Below, one piece after another: positions 11,101 through 22,333 of a DNA stretch of 64,000 nucleotides (position 1 is the first letter of the stretch; every line of letters begins with the position of its first letter). This DNA is from Pelagomonas calceolata. Lineage: Eukaryota. The notes beneath the pieces are model-generated. The model was not told the origin of the DNA. It searched no databases and saw nothing but the letters and a program-made list of their open reading frames with translations. Both the position numbers and the translations under genes were made by a program. Location: the NCBI GenBank assembly GCA_918797485.1, contig CAKKNE010000004.1:930001-994000 (forward strand). Direction: 5' to 3'.

Positions 11101-14100
11101 TCATCGCAGCTGGGCCGCGTCGACGAGGAACGTTTGGTGTACGAGCCGTCGTCCTTCCACGAGCGCGGCGAGCTCACGGACGAAAATTGGCAGAAAATGA
11201 GAAGGCGCGAGGACCGCGAATTCCGTTTGTCGCAGGGGCTACCCGCGTCGCCCGCCAAGAAGACAAGTGTTAAAAGACGTACTTCGTACGACCAGTACCG
11301 AAGCACCTCATCGAGGACGCCGTCGCAGATCCTGTCTTCCCTCGAACCCGTAAGTCTCCAGAGCTCATTGATCGCTTTTGATTATGGCGACGAGCTCTTC
11401 GTGGAAGGTGAGATCGACGATTCGAACGCTGCTTGTGCCGCGTGGCAGTCGCTCGACGATGCGTGCAGTGATGTGTGGCCCCTGTCCTATCTGGAGTCGC
11501 TCGTGCCGACGCCTGTCGGGGACGACGTTTTGAACGTCTTCCACACGCTTAGGAGCGCTCCGGACGACGTTCCGTTGGGTGTCTTGTTCCCTGGGGCTGA
11601 TGTCTTGGCTGAAAGGAGTGGTGTTCCCTCGCAAGCTCGCTGGGACGCGCTGTGGCGGTGTTCTCGCTGTCTCGAGGTTCTGGGCCGAGAGAGGGAGATC
11701 CGAGCCGACGCGTCCCGTGCTGTGTTAGATGCTTCACAAAAAATTGTGGAGAAGTCGATCGATCAAAGACTGAAGCGTCGATCAGACTTCTGGCAGCACC
11801 AAGAGGCTGTTGACGCTTCATATGAAGCAGCGTGTGCAGCTCTACGGAGACGCGAAGCCGTCGCGGCGCAGTGCGCGAAGGATTTGGACGAGAAGAAGGA
11901 CGCCCTTACACAACTGCTCCAGGACTGTAGAGTAGATAGAAACAATGCGAGAGATCTGGCCAAGAGTCAAGCGAAGTCGGCCAAGAAGGCCGCCCTGGCG
12001 TCGCAGCAGGCCGCGACGGCGCTGCGCAAGGCCATGAAGAAAGCTAAGGCAGACAAAGAGCAGAAACGGGCCGAGGGGAGAGAAACGATCCACGACGAGC
12101 AGGCCCAGGCGCGCGGTGCGATCGCCGCGTTTTGAACTCGTGTCCATCGCACGATGCCGTGGGTGGTTTCTTTGTTGATTTTGAGCTGTTTCGGACCGCG
12201 TCGGGGCCGTCGCGGCGTGTCAGAGAGACAGCGGTCATGGCGTCTTCACGAGACATCATCGTCGTGAACCCACGAGAGTCTACGTGGTCAGCAGGACGCC
12301 GTCGAGACCGATTTGACGGAAATGCTCCGCGCAGGCGAGACGGACGCCCGCGTCCTCGAAGCCTTGAGAGTTTCAGATGAGGCGTCCGAATATGCCGGGA
12401 AGACCGAGGACTTGAGACTGAGAGCCTTGGAGCGCGTCACGGTCGCGGAGACTTGCTTCCAACGAACTTACTTGGAGTTACTACGACTCAAAGCGGACCA
12501 CGCTGCGGCTGCGGCCGACGTCCGGGACTGGCGATTTGTATTGATGGACTTCGACCGCGCGGAGACTTGCAGGGTCATCGAACGATGTATCGATGATGAG
12601 CCGTACGGCGACCAACAAAGGAAAGATGAGGCCTTCCACGCCGCGTGTGAAGAGGATGCAACGAGAAGCGAAGACGCTACCGTACGAGCTTTTGACCTCG
12701 CGGAGCGGTTAAAAACGGCCTCCGAGACCAGAAAAGAGCAGCAGTGCTACGACGAGCACTTAGCGGAAGGTCCGTGCGGCTCGACGGCCATGGACGACGC
12801 CGTCGTCGACGCTCGACGTAAAAGAGATGCCGCGGACGCTTCTCTCGCCGCAGCTGATGCGAAACGAAGGTTACTGGTGCGGCTGAACCCCTTCGCGTCC
12901 AAGCAACTCGCTGCCGAGCTCAACGCGAACGTCATAGCCGCCACACAGTGGCGCAAGGCCTGCTGGCAGCGCTGCGGCGACGCGCTGAAGGACGCTTCCG
13001 GTTTCAAAGCAAGTATGCGGGACGGGAACCTGACGCCGCGACGACGGGCGCAGAACGACGTTTCCGTGAAGGCGAAGCATCCCTCGTCCGAGACATTGGT
13101 GACGGCCTACAACGCCGTGACGGTGAGGGCCGTCAGAGCGATCGAGTTCGAGCAGCGCGAGGAGCAGCGCGTGCGAGATGAGGCTATCAGACTGCGGGAA
13201 GAACAGCGGCGCGATCGGAACGACCAGCTTGCGCAATTGGCGAAGGTCGACCCGCGGCAAGCTGGTCATATGATTGTACAACGTATTCGAGCGATGCGCG
13301 ACGGGGGCCTGCCGGTCGATAAAGATGATTTGGACGATCTACGAGCGTTGCGCCAGTCCAAGGCCCGCGCGATCTCGGCGTCCCGGCGTGTTGGGGTGTC
13401 TTCACTTTGTTGCTGGGACTCGTATCTAGCACACGATGCCGGGGGTGGTTTCTTGTTCGAGTTTGAGGCTCCGCGCAGGCGCGAAGGGTCGACTCCGGGC
13501 CAAGCAGACGCGTCGACTCTTCAAGCGGGCCAAGGCTTTAAGGGACGACGCCTATGAAGCCGAGTCAGCAGCAAAGCACGCCCTGCAAGCTCTGATGGAC
13601 GACAAGGAACGGAAGCGCGTTGATGAGCTGTTGAGGTCCGTGACTCGGCGTGGAAACTGAACTTGAACTTGACGCGGTCGGCGCGACGGCGTCGACGCCG
13701 TCTTCATGATCACATGAGAGTCTACGCGTCTCGCGAGGGAAGTTTCGCGACAAAGTCCGTTCCACACAGGTTGGAGGCGCTCGGACTGTCACCGCCCAAG
13801 CCGAAGGTTCGTCCCAAGAAATCATTGTGGAGGCGTGTGTTTGGTTCTAGGAAGGTGATACTGGATCGACCTTTGAAAGACGAACCGCAGTGTCCGACGC
13901 AACGGCGGCTACGGGACAAGGTCCGGACCAAGGGCCTCGCGCCCCTGCCGGCCATCTCGACGATCATCAAGGACGACTTCAGCACGCACGCGGATCACGT
14001 CGTCCTGAAGCCGAAGAAGAAGCGCTTCGAGCCGGGGAAGCCTCTGGACCTCTCGAAGGCGATCTGCTACGACTCGGACGAGTCGTCGGAGGGGGACTTG

Positions 14101-14136
14101 TTCGACGACCTCGAGGTGCTCGGGGAGGAGGGCTAA
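8175..14136 (+). CDS. Large WW + RNI-like LRR + coiled-coil protein (about 1653 aa, 8 exons); introns 8832-9047, 9147-9230, 10695-10810, 10913-11064, 12109-12294, 13367-13478, 13636-13769
   Basis: WW domain WTEYFDEENTPFYVNEATGETRWQLP; LRRs LxLxxNxIxxxGA. Removing the seven introns (1000 nt) leaves 4962 nt in one frame. Some junctions are uncertain by a few nt. Confidence 0.75.
10921..11064 (+). mobile_element. TIR introner element with perfect 8-bp TSD
   Basis: TIR CTGTGTGGAAATCAA...TTGATTTCCACACAG; TSD GTGGACAC at 10913-10920 and 11065-11072. Confidence 0.92.
12109..12294 (+). mobile_element. Repetitive intron, family A/C mosaic (GC-AG)
   Basis: ACTCGTGTCC...CACGATGCCGTGGGT-GTTTCTTT...TTCGGAC shared with 51046-51158; GAGAGTCTAC shared with 8832 and 13636. 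Confidence 0.7.
13367..13478 (+). mobile_element. Repetitive intron, family A (GC-AG)
   Basis: GCGCGATCTCGGCGTCCCG...CACGATGCCG...TTTCTTGTTCGAGTTTGAGGCTCCGCGCAG, close to 51046-51158. Confidence 0.75.
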
Positions 14137-14158
14137 GTGTGTGGTGTGTTTTTACTCG

Positions 14159-14952
14159 TTAGCACCCCTGTGGATCTACCCGCTGGTAGTACGTCTTCAC
14201 GAGCCTCGCGTCCATGCCGTCATCTCCCGTGGTAGTCGAGTAATCTATTGTGTCCTCCTCCGTCCCGGTCTGGGACCATGGGCCCGGGCCCCCCGAACAC
14301 ATTCACCTTTGGGGGGTCATAAGAGTCCCCGAGGGCCTTCATACAGTCAACTTCGTCGTCAGGATGAGCGTCGAACGAGGGGACGTGCATGAAACGTCCC
14401 AGCTTTCGCCACGGGCGCGTGGTAACGCTCGCCGTTGATGTTCCGCGACCACCGGCGGCGTACGTACGAATGCCGCCGACGCCATCAACATTTATGTCTA
14501 GAGGGTCCCGGCCATCGTCGTTTGCTTCGGTTCGACGGGGGAGACCTCGAGCTGCTTGCCCGCGAAGATGAGGGCGTCTCCGGTGGGCTGCGTCTGACAG
14601 TTTGGGTCGAGGGGGTGAGTCTGACAGCCGGGTCCCCCGCCAGCCGGATTGCTCCGTTGCTGCGGGCCGATGTACATGAAATTTGCCAGCTTTCGCCACA
14701 GGCTCGTCGTGGTCGCGCCCGCGAATTTTCCGAGGTCGTCCACCGACCGCTTACGACCTCGCCGCTTACGACCTCGCGGTCAAGCGGACTCTCGACGAGC
14801 TCGAGGCGCAGGCCGCAGTGACCGGCGAGGTCGTAAGCCTTGTACAGAGCTTGCAGCGCGTTGCCAAAGCCGGCGCGAGTCGGCGTGAGTTGGAGCGTCG
14901 GACACCCGGTCCCGGCGGCGGCGGCGACGGCCAGTATTACCCCTAAGGCCAT
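14159..14952 (-). pseudogene. Frameshifted secreted protein gene, possibly glycosyltransferase-like
   Basis: Signal peptide plus GFGNALQALYKAYDLA, then protein-like text continues in changing frames (14743, 14699 and beyond 14220) without obvious introns; internal diverged repeat. Confidence 0.45.
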
Positions 14953-15184
14953 GGCGTGGGACTTGTGAACTCAGCGGCCTGGAGTTGTGGTTTTTTTTCG
15001 TGCCGTCGCGAGAGCAATGACTTGTGGCGCAACGGCGTGCCTACGTCCCGGTGAACCTGTTTTGCCAGGCTCTGTCTGGTCGGACTTTTTTTGTGCTTCG
15101 ACGCGAGGAGTTTGTGCGTAGGAGAGAGAGTAAGCGGTCACGAACGCTAGAGTAACCACTTGGCTGTACGCGCAAAGGCGGCTG

Positions 15185-16312
15185 ATGAATCGACACGCCT
15201 GCTCTCTCCTCGTCGTCGCCCTCGTCGCCGCGCAACGGCGTCCGCAACCGAGGCCGGGTCGCCGCCGCGGCCCGCGCCTCGACCGCGCGCCTCGATGCCA
15301 CCCGGCCCGGACGGGCCTCCGATGTCAAGGCCGCGGCGGCGACGGGTGCCGGGCGCCGACCCCTCAAGTGCCATTGTATTCCAACCTCAGCTGCCCGTTC
15401 GAGTGGGGCAAGTATTCCTGTTTCCACCAGGGACGCATCCAGCAAGCCCAAGCCTCGTACGAGCATGCGTCCCGGCACATCTCCAACCGCAGTCGCGCGC
15501 CGTGCGAATCCAAACGACTGCCCAAAAATATCCTGCTGGTGGGCGATTCGACCATGCGGCAGGTCTTCGTCGCGCTGGGCTGCGGTCTCTTGCCGGTGCT
15601 CTCGGGCCGCTTCGTGGACTGGGCGGAACGGTGGCCGTGCCACAGCTCCCCCAACTGCGTCGAAGGCGGGGCACACTCGGGCTTCAACGTGGGCTGGATG
15701 GCCCTGCCAGGCTCCGAGGTTTGGTTCGTCCCCCACGCGGGTACCCTCCGACACGGCCAGGCGAACATCATCGACAGGTTTCGGAAGGAGCTGGCGTCGA
15801 ACCACTCCGTGTCGTTTCGTTTGACCCCCCGCCACGAGCGCGTGTTCCTGGGCCGGGACGACGTCGTAGTGTACAACGCCGGCCTGCACAAAAACGACCG
15901 GACCCGGCTCTACCAACAACTAGATAACTTCGGACGCGAGCTCCTGGCCCAACGCGGGCGGCACTCGCTCCCGCGCTGGGTCTACGTGACCACCGTCACG
16001 CAGCACTTCGCCACGAGCGACGGGCAATACTCGAACGGCCGGCGGTCCAAGCGGTGCCAGCCGTCGATCCCTTCCAACCCGCGCCTCGAGAGCGAGCTCT
16101 CAGTACTCCGCGAAGGCGTCAACGTCGATCGGATCTTGAGGGTCGACGATCTGGACGCGGGGGCATTGCACGTGGGGGCCTACGACGGATCTGATTGCAC
16201 GCACTACTGCATGCCGGGGGTTCCAGATGTCACGGCCCACCGGCTCCTGGAGCTGGTCCATCCACATGACTTACGCCGCCGCCGCCCATCTAGGAGTCGG
16301 TCATCGAGCTAA
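15185..16312 (+). CDS. PC-esterase / trichome-birefringence-like SGNH O-acyltransferase
   Basis: Signal peptide, LLVGDSTMRQ (GDS) and DCTHYCMPGVPD (DxxH). Confidence 0.85.
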   Translation: MNRHACSLLVVALVAAQRRPQPRPGRRRGPRLDRAPRCHPARTGLRCQGRGGDGCRAPTPQVPLYSNLSCPFEWGKYSCFHQGRIQQAQASYEHASRHISNRSRAPCESKRLPKNILLVGDSTMRQVFVALGCGLLPVLSGRFVDWAERWPCHSSPNCVEGGAHSGFNVGWMALPGSEVWFVPHAGTLRHGQANIIDRFRKELASNHSVSFRLTPRHERVFLGRDDVVVYNAGLHKNDRTRLYQQLDNFGRELLAQRGRHSLPRWVYVTTVTQHFATSDGQYSNGRRSKRCQPSIPSNPRLESELSVLREGVNVDRILRVDDLDAGALHVGAYDGSDCTHYCMPGVPDVTAHRLLELVHPHDLRRRRPSRSRSSS

Positions 16313-16449
16313 CTAGATACTTTAGATCACACCCGCCACCGCCGCGAAGTCGCCTAGGCGTGTCAGCGGCTCGGGAGGCGTGGTCTAAACGCGACAGGAC
16401 CCCTCTAGAGATGGGACACATCGTCTTTAGTCTTGGGGGCACAGGGATT

Positions 16450-17190
16450 CTAGGGCGTCACGCCGCGCGCCAGCGACTCCAGCGACGCCTGAGTGCGGTC
16501 GTTGTTGTCCTTGAGCCAGGAGATGACCGTCTCCATTGCGAGTAAATCGGCCGCCGTGCGCCGCTCCACAGCATCGAGGCGCGCCCTTAACTGCGCGACC
16601 TCGTCGTGCAGCGACTTCTGGGAGTTTTCCGACGAGACGATGGACGTGTCGTCGTCGGCGGGTTTGCCCGTGCGGAACGGCCCCATCTCGTCGCGGCCGC
16701 GCTTTTTATGAGACGTCGTCGCGGACGGGTGGCAGGCGCTCGGCCGCGTCGGCATGGCCGCGTCCTCGTCGTTGCGGAGGGGCGACACGGGGGCGTTGTT
16801 CGTGAGCTCGGCGACGGGCGTCCACGCGCCGGTGAGCTTGTCGACGAGGTACTCGCGGCCGGTCGCGTCCGTCTGTTTCTGGAAGCCTGCGGCGGAGGCG
16901 ACGTCGCGGGGGCGCTGACGCTTCCGCGACTGTGGGGCCTCCCGCGACGCCATCGACGCGAAGTGATGAGGACGCCGCATGCGTACGGCCGCCGGCCGCG
17001 TAGTCGACGGGCTGGCGCGCGTTCGCGGGGATCATGCTGACCGGCGGATAGCTCACGGGATGTCGCGTCTGGAAGCACTTTGGGAGCGGCGGCGGTGTCT
17101 TGGCCTTGCTGGAGCTGCTGTAGCGCGTCGAAATGGGCGTCCGCGCGCGGTAGAAGCGCAGTGCCGTGCCAGGCGACTGGTTTCGCATCG
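16450..17190 (-). CDS. Hypothetical protein; 5' structure uncertain, probable intron near 16930-16990
   Basis: GC3-biased frame 16450-16930 with a C-terminal coiled coil; intron-type motif CGCGTCGATGGCGTC just upstream. Confidence 0.4.
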
Positions 17191-17530
17191 ATGGCGTCCA
17201 CGTGCGTTGTTTGGGCTGCTCTCGTGTCCGAAAGACCGTCTCCACTTCCAAGTTGGAAGAGGCCCTTTCAGTACCCTCGAGGTTCAAAGGAAATCCCACC
17301 AGGCTCTCCCCGAGCTATCCAGAGCCGTTAAAAGCCCTAAGACTTGAGGGAGAGGTGCTGATTCGATAGCGTGCGGGTTGCGAGATTTGCAGCTGAGGCA
17401 CTCGCGCCCAAAACTGAGTCGCTGGAGGGCCATTCGATCTGAACGCTTGGATTCAGAGCCACTGATAGACCCTTGATAGTTTCGTGCATCGATTTCTCGC
17501 TTCCGGAGCCGCCTAGCGCTTGATTACAGC

Positions 17531-18019
17531 ATGGTGCGGCAAGCCTGCATCGTGTTCGTCGCGTACGCGGCCGCGCTGCGCCCCGCCGCCCACGTGCGAC
17601 GACGAATTGAACCGCGCTACGCTGAATGCGAGGCCGCCGAGGGCGACGTCGTCGTCTTCGCCTTGCCGGACACGGTCGACCCGCCGGGCACGCCGGGCGA
17701 GCGGCGCCTCGGCGTCGTGAAAGCCGAAATGAGTTGCACCGCGTGGGTCCACCCCCTCGTCGAGCAGGGCGCGGACCAGGGCGACGACGAGGTCATGCTC
17801 GTGGAAGACGAGGCCTTCGAGGAGCCGATCCAGTGCCAGGGCGGTATCGAGTCCGTCATCGACGACGTCTTCTACGGCCAGCTCCCCGTGCCGTCGCTGG
17901 GCGGCGGCGTCGGGTACGGCGCGACGGCCGTCGAGTGCTGGACGCTCGTCCGGGACCAGGTGCCCGACGGCGTCGACGTGCCCGTGTCGGATTCCGGCGT
18001 CGCGCCGTGGACGCACTAG
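17531..18019 (+). CDS. Hypothetical protein, probably plastid-targeted
   Basis: Signal plus transit-like MVRQACIVFVAYAAA-LRP; strong GC3 bias. Confidence 0.75.
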   Translation: MVRQACIVFVAYAAALRPAAHVRRRIEPRYAECEAAEGDVVVFALPDTVDPPGTPGERRLGVVKAEMSCTAWVHPLVEQGADQGDDEVMLVEDEAFEEPIQCQGGIESVIDDVFYGQLPVPSLGGGVGYGATAVECWTLVRDQVPDGVDVPVSDSGVAPWTH

Positions 18020-18044
18020 TTTGATATTGAATTGTGTTACTTTA

Positions 18045-18890
18045 CTAGTCGTCCTCGTCCGAGTCGTCCGGGAAGTCGCGGTCGCTTCCCCAGAACCTGA
18101 GCACGTGTCTGAACATGTCCTTGGGGAGGTCCGTGAAGAGGCACGCGACGAGATTTTGGCGCCGGCGGCGGATGCGCATTTGCGTCCCCGGTAGCCCTAG
18201 AAAAAAATACGTCTGTGGCGCCGCTCGGCCCCGAGCGCACAACTGGCGGAGCACGTCCAAACGGACCCTCGGTTCGTGAAGGTACCGCGCCCACGTGCCC
18301 GCCGCACGAACGTCGGCGACGAGCCTCATAGCCCTCCGGTGGTCCCGTTTCTGGTACCTTATCCACCCATCGGTGTCATCGTAGTCCAACAACTGATTAA
18401 CCGCCAAGATCGAGTCCACGGTGCCGCCGTAATCATCGCAAATGTCGATGCGGGCCCCGAGCGTCAGTAGGTGCCGGAATATAGCGGACTTTCGACCCCC
18501 TCCTATTGAACCACTGTGTGCGGCGGCGAGCAGCAGCGGCGTTCGGCCGGATCTCTCGTTCCGCGCGTTCACGTCCGCGCCCGCCTCGACGAGCATCGTT
18601 ATTATGTCCAACTGATTCGAGAGGCTCGTGAGGGTCTTACCCACAGCCCTGTGGAGAGGAGTCCACCCTAACCAGATGACGTCGACGTTCCGGGGTCCTC
18701 CGGCAAGCACCGCGCGGATGGCGGGAGCGTGGCGGTGCCCAACCAAGGCGGATTGCACGAGATGTAGGAGCGGTTGCCCCTCCGCGCTCGTGTCGTCGGC
18801 GCTGCCGCCGGCCTCAAAATACTTGGCTATTGCTTGCGTCGACGCGCGACTCGCGGCATATTCGACGTCGGGGGGCAAAACTCCGCTCAT
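18045..18890 (-). CDS. Ankyrin-repeat protein with C-terminal F-box-like motif
   Basis: GWTPLHRAV, GADVNARNERSGRTPLLLAA; tail LFTDLPKDMFRHVLRFW. Confidence 0.85.
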   Translation of the reverse strand: MSGVLPPDVEYAASRASTQAIAKYFEAGGSADDTSAEGQPLLHLVQSALVGHRHAPAIRAVLAGGPRNVDVIWLGWTPLHRAVGKTLTSLSNQLDIITMLVEAGADVNARNERSGRTPLLLAAAHSGSIGGGRKSAIFRHLLTLGARIDICDDYGGTVDSILAVNQLLDYDDTDGWIRYQKRDHRRAMRLVADVRAAGTWARYLHEPRVRLDVLRQLCARGRAAPQTYFFLGLPGTQMRIRRRRQNLVACLFTDLPKDMFRHVLRFWGSDRDFPDDSDEDD

Positions 18891-18965
18891 TTTACGACCT
18901 TTTCTCAAGCAAGCTCGCTTGGGTATACCCGTAGCGCATCACAAAAGCCAATGCAAAAGCTATTC

Positions 18966-18986
18966 CTAGTATCTTACATACGCTAG
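18966..18986 (+). promoter_or_regulatory. CTAG-bounded intergenic motif
   Basis: CTAGTATCTTACATACGCTAG (one mismatch to core), near the centre of the ANK/TELO2 divergent gap. Confidence 0.65.
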
Positions 18987-19046
18987 CTGCCGGCTCGGCG
19001 GCACCACGCAAAAAGCGATCGACAAAGTTCATATACGGCAGCAGGC

Positions 19047-21413
19047 ATGGCTGACGCAACGCCAGCTTCAAGACTGGCAGCCCTGCGCGCCGCCGTCGAA
19101 GGCTGCGCCGCCCACGAGATCAAAAAAGCCGGCCAGCTCCTGCGCGAGGGCGCGGAGCTCCTCAGCGACGAGCGCAGCGATGCATTAACGGAGGGATGGT
19201 GCCGCTGGCTCATTCGGGACGCGGGACCGGCCTGGCGGCGCGCTTTAGATGAGAGCGACGCGTCTGAAGCGATTGACGCCGTCGTCGACGCCGGAGGTTT
19301 GTGTGTAGCGTCCGAAGCATTGGTCGGGGCGACGGCCGCGGCCGCGGTCATTGTTGCACAGCGCGTGAAGAGCTGGGACGTCGCGGCGCTGGTGGCGTCC
19401 CTTACAGATGATGGTGACGACGCGGAGCGGTTCGCGGACGCCTGTGTACGGCTGCCGCGGCGGCTCGCGACGCTCCTGAAGGGCAAGAGTCCATTGGATG
19501 AGGCGGCTTGGCTTTCCGGTGTAGCCGACGGTTCACTAAGGAGCCCCGCCTGGCGCGTTTTAGCTGGACGCCTCGAGGCTTCTGGCCACGCGCCCCTGGT
19601 CGCCGAACGCTGGGTCCTCTGTGACGACGACGACGGCTCGCGATTAGATGCCTTGGGCGCCGGGAGCGCCTGCCGCTACGCCACGTCGCTCCTGGAGGCG
19701 ACGGACTCTCCTCAAACCCTCAGCACAATAATCACGAAGCGCCTACAAAAGTGCCCCGTCCTCCGGAGCAAGTGGACCGACGACGTCGTGACGGGCCGGA
19801 CGCGTTTGAATCATACCAAGGCGTCATTGTCCGTCTACGTCGCCAAGCGCGCGGGCTTGTACACGGAAGCGCTGGCCTCATGTTCAAAGAAGTGGCGCGA
19901 CGTCGCATTTCTGCAGAGTGTTGATGATGATAGAAGAGCGTTCCTCGCCACGTCTATTTTAGCGTTATTAGCCCTGTCGGACCCGGTGGACGTCGACGTG
20001 AACACCACCCTATCAGGTGTTGTGAGCGGCGTGTCGGCCTGCCTCGACCTTAACGATGAAAGAGATAGAGCCCGGGCGATGCTCGTGGGGGACGCCTTCG
20101 GGACGCTCGTCGGGCGCGCGCCGGACTTCGGGGACCTGCTTTCTGAGAGTGATCGGGCCTGGGCGCGCGAAGGGTTGTCCGTCTTGCCTGTGGACGAGGT
20201 CCACGCGGCGTTTCGAAACAGTCATTACTCTTCGAGCGAGGAAGCACCAACGCCGCCGCCTCCACCCGTTGAGAAGAAGAAGACGAAGAAGAAGCGTTCG
20301 CCTGATGATGTCCTCGAGAGCGGCAGCGAGAGCTCCGACGACGAGTCTGTGGAGAGCGCTTCCACTCTATCGGACGACAATTTGGAGGCCTACGATCTAG
20401 AAGATGACGGCGCTGATTTAGTACCGGTGCAGCCCCCGAAATACCTGCGAGACTTGCTCAAACTAATTAACGAAGGCGCGGACCAGGAACTCGCGAGGGA
20501 ACGGCTCCAGATGGCCCTGGCCACGTGCCCGGCGTTAGTAAGGAGTCGACCCGCCGATTTGAAGGATGTGGCTCGCGACTTGGCGCACGCGATCCTCGCG
20601 ACGGAGAACCGTTTTGACTTGGAAGATTTCTCCGAGAAAAGTCGTACTTCGCTGGCGGCGTTAACTGCTTGTAGACCAGTGGAAGTGGTACGCTACCTGC
20701 AGTTGTCGTTCTTCGATAAAGAGCTCGGGCTGAACAAGCGATTGGACGCGTTGCAAGCGATGGTCGACGGCGCCTACGAGTTGGCGGGCCGCGGGCGCCT
20801 CGCCGAGAATGAAGATATGCCCGACGGCACGGCCAAAGCTTTATTGGGTGTCGGTTCTACTCGTTCCCGGAAATTGTTAGATACGTCCGACACGAAGGTC
20901 CTGGAACGAACGAGGAGGTGGGGCTACCGTCGAACAGCGTTGCAACCGTCGTCACCGAACCTCTTCGCCCAACATGCGGCCTCGTTGTTCTTCTTTCCGT
21001 TACTGAGAGGTATTGTGGAGCACTGGGCGCCTCTGCAAAAGCGGCACCCCCACCACGCGACGGTGTTGCGAGCGCGGGCCGTGCACGCCTTGGCGTGCTT
21101 CTTGGATTGCGCGTCGAGCGCGCCGGGCAGCCAGGCGCTGGCGTCGCATTTATTGGCGTTTGCTTGGAGAGATGTAAGATCCGAGGATGCGGCTTTGAGA
21201 AGGGCGGCGCGCGGCGCCGCTTTGACTGCTTTAGCGTGGCGGCCGTGTGACGACGGCGGCGGCGCGTTGGCGTTGCTCGCGGGCGGGATCTGTGCCGATT
21301 TACCTTCTCCCGAGGACGTGCGGTCGCTCGCGTACGAGGGCCGCGACGACCCGGACGACGCGGCTCGTCGGTTGGCGCTGGCGCTCGGGGAGCTTTGTCC
21401 GGCGGGCTTCTAA
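19047..21413 (+). CDS. TELO2: Telomere length regulation protein TEL2 homolog (TTT complex)
   Basis: Acidic S/D linker, PKYLRDLL, DLAHAILATENRFDLEDF, TRRWG, NLFAQHAASLFFFPLL. Confidence 0.85.
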   Translation: MADATPASRLAALRAAVEGCAAHEIKKAGQLLREGAELLSDERSDALTEGWCRWLIRDAGPAWRRALDESDASEAIDAVVDAGGLCVASEALVGATAAAAVIVAQRVKSWDVAALVASLTDDGDDAERFADACVRLPRRLATLLKGKSPLDEAAWLSGVADGSLRSPAWRVLAGRLEASGHAPLVAERWVLCDDDDGSRLDALGAGSACRYATSLLEATDSPQTLSTIITKRLQKCPVLRSKWTDDVVTGRTRLNHTKASLSVYVAKRAGLYTEALASCSKKWRDVAFLQSVDDDRRAFLATSILALLALSDPVDVDVNTTLSGVVSGVSACLDLNDERDRARAMLVGDAFGTLVGRAPDFGDLLSESDRAWAREGLSVLPVDEVHAAFRNSHYSSSEEAPTPPPPPVEKKKTKKKRSPDDVLESGSESSDDESVESASTLSDDNLEAYDLEDDGADLVPVQPPKYLRDLLKLINEGADQELARERLQMALATCPALVRSRPADLKDVARDLAHAILATENRFDLEDFSEKSRTSLAALTACRPVEVVRYLQLSFFDKELGLNKRLDALQAMVDGAYELAGRGRLAENEDMPDGTAKALLGVGSTRSRKLLDTSDTKVLERTRRWGYRRTALQPSSPNLFAQHAASLFFFPLLRGIVEHWAPLQKRHPHHATVLRARAVHALACFLDCASSAPGSQALASHLLAFAWRDVRSEDAALRRAARGAALTALAWRPCDDGGGALALLAGGICADLPSPEDVRSLAYEGRDDPDDAARRLALALGELCPAGF

Positions 21414-21990
21414 GAGGTGTTGTTTTTGTACTTCTCCCCTCCACGCCGTCGCCGCGATAGCGTGCAAAGCCAAACTCGGAGCTAGCGTAATCGATACACT
21501 AGCAAATTCAAAGATACGCTTCGATAGCGTCAAAAGAATGACCCAAATTCAGAATACATCCTAGTCGTTTTGCCGCGACCAAATATTTCAGAGTAGCGGC
21601 CCGGGAACATACCCTCGCGCCTCCCGGAAGGCACCGCCCGCGACATTCGCGGATGAGTCTTACGGCTCGCCAAAATACACTAACGATTGACGCCGCCATC
21701 TACCGTCCAGATAGTACATTATATCAACTCCAGCTCAGTTTTCATACACACTCGACGGAACCGGAGCCGACGGCCCGCGCTCGGAGGGCGGGAGAAGAAT
21801 TCTACTAGACAACTCTCGCGTTTATGTTCATTTCCTTCCTTTTGTTAGTGGTAGAGTCCATCCAAGCCGCATCAGCGCCCACTCAGCTATTTTAGGTGCT
21901 CCGTCAGAGCCGCGCGAAACAGCGAATCCGCGCCCCCACGTTTTCCCTCAGGCGAGCTCAGAACCCAAATTCGCGAGTATCAGCGACGCC

Positions 21991-22333
21991 ACCATCCAGA
22001 TGGACCATAACGCCGTTGTTCTATTCACGATCGACCGACTTGCCCGTTCTCCGCGGACGACGGTGCGGAGACGGAGCACCGGAAAGGCCTCAGACCGGTG
22101 GTTTGTACAATAAATTTGCGTTTCAGGCGCTTCGGTTACGGGACGGGCCAGATAACCGGCCTGAACACCTACTACATTGGATTACCTGTCCCGTTTACAA
22201 CTCGCGCCTTGTCGGTCTCGAGACCCCACTATCTTGCTAAATCAAGGCCTAGAGCTGGACCTGCGACCATCAGCCCGTGTACCATCACCATGGACCATAA
22301 CGCGATCGTTTGTTCCATGACCGACCGACTTGC
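21991..22333 (+). repeat. Diverged ~53-bp direct repeat, 290 bp apart, in a 1.7-kb gene-free tract
   Basis: ACCATC..ATGGACCATAACGC...CGACCGACTTGC at 21991-22043 and 22281-22333. Confidence 0.7.
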
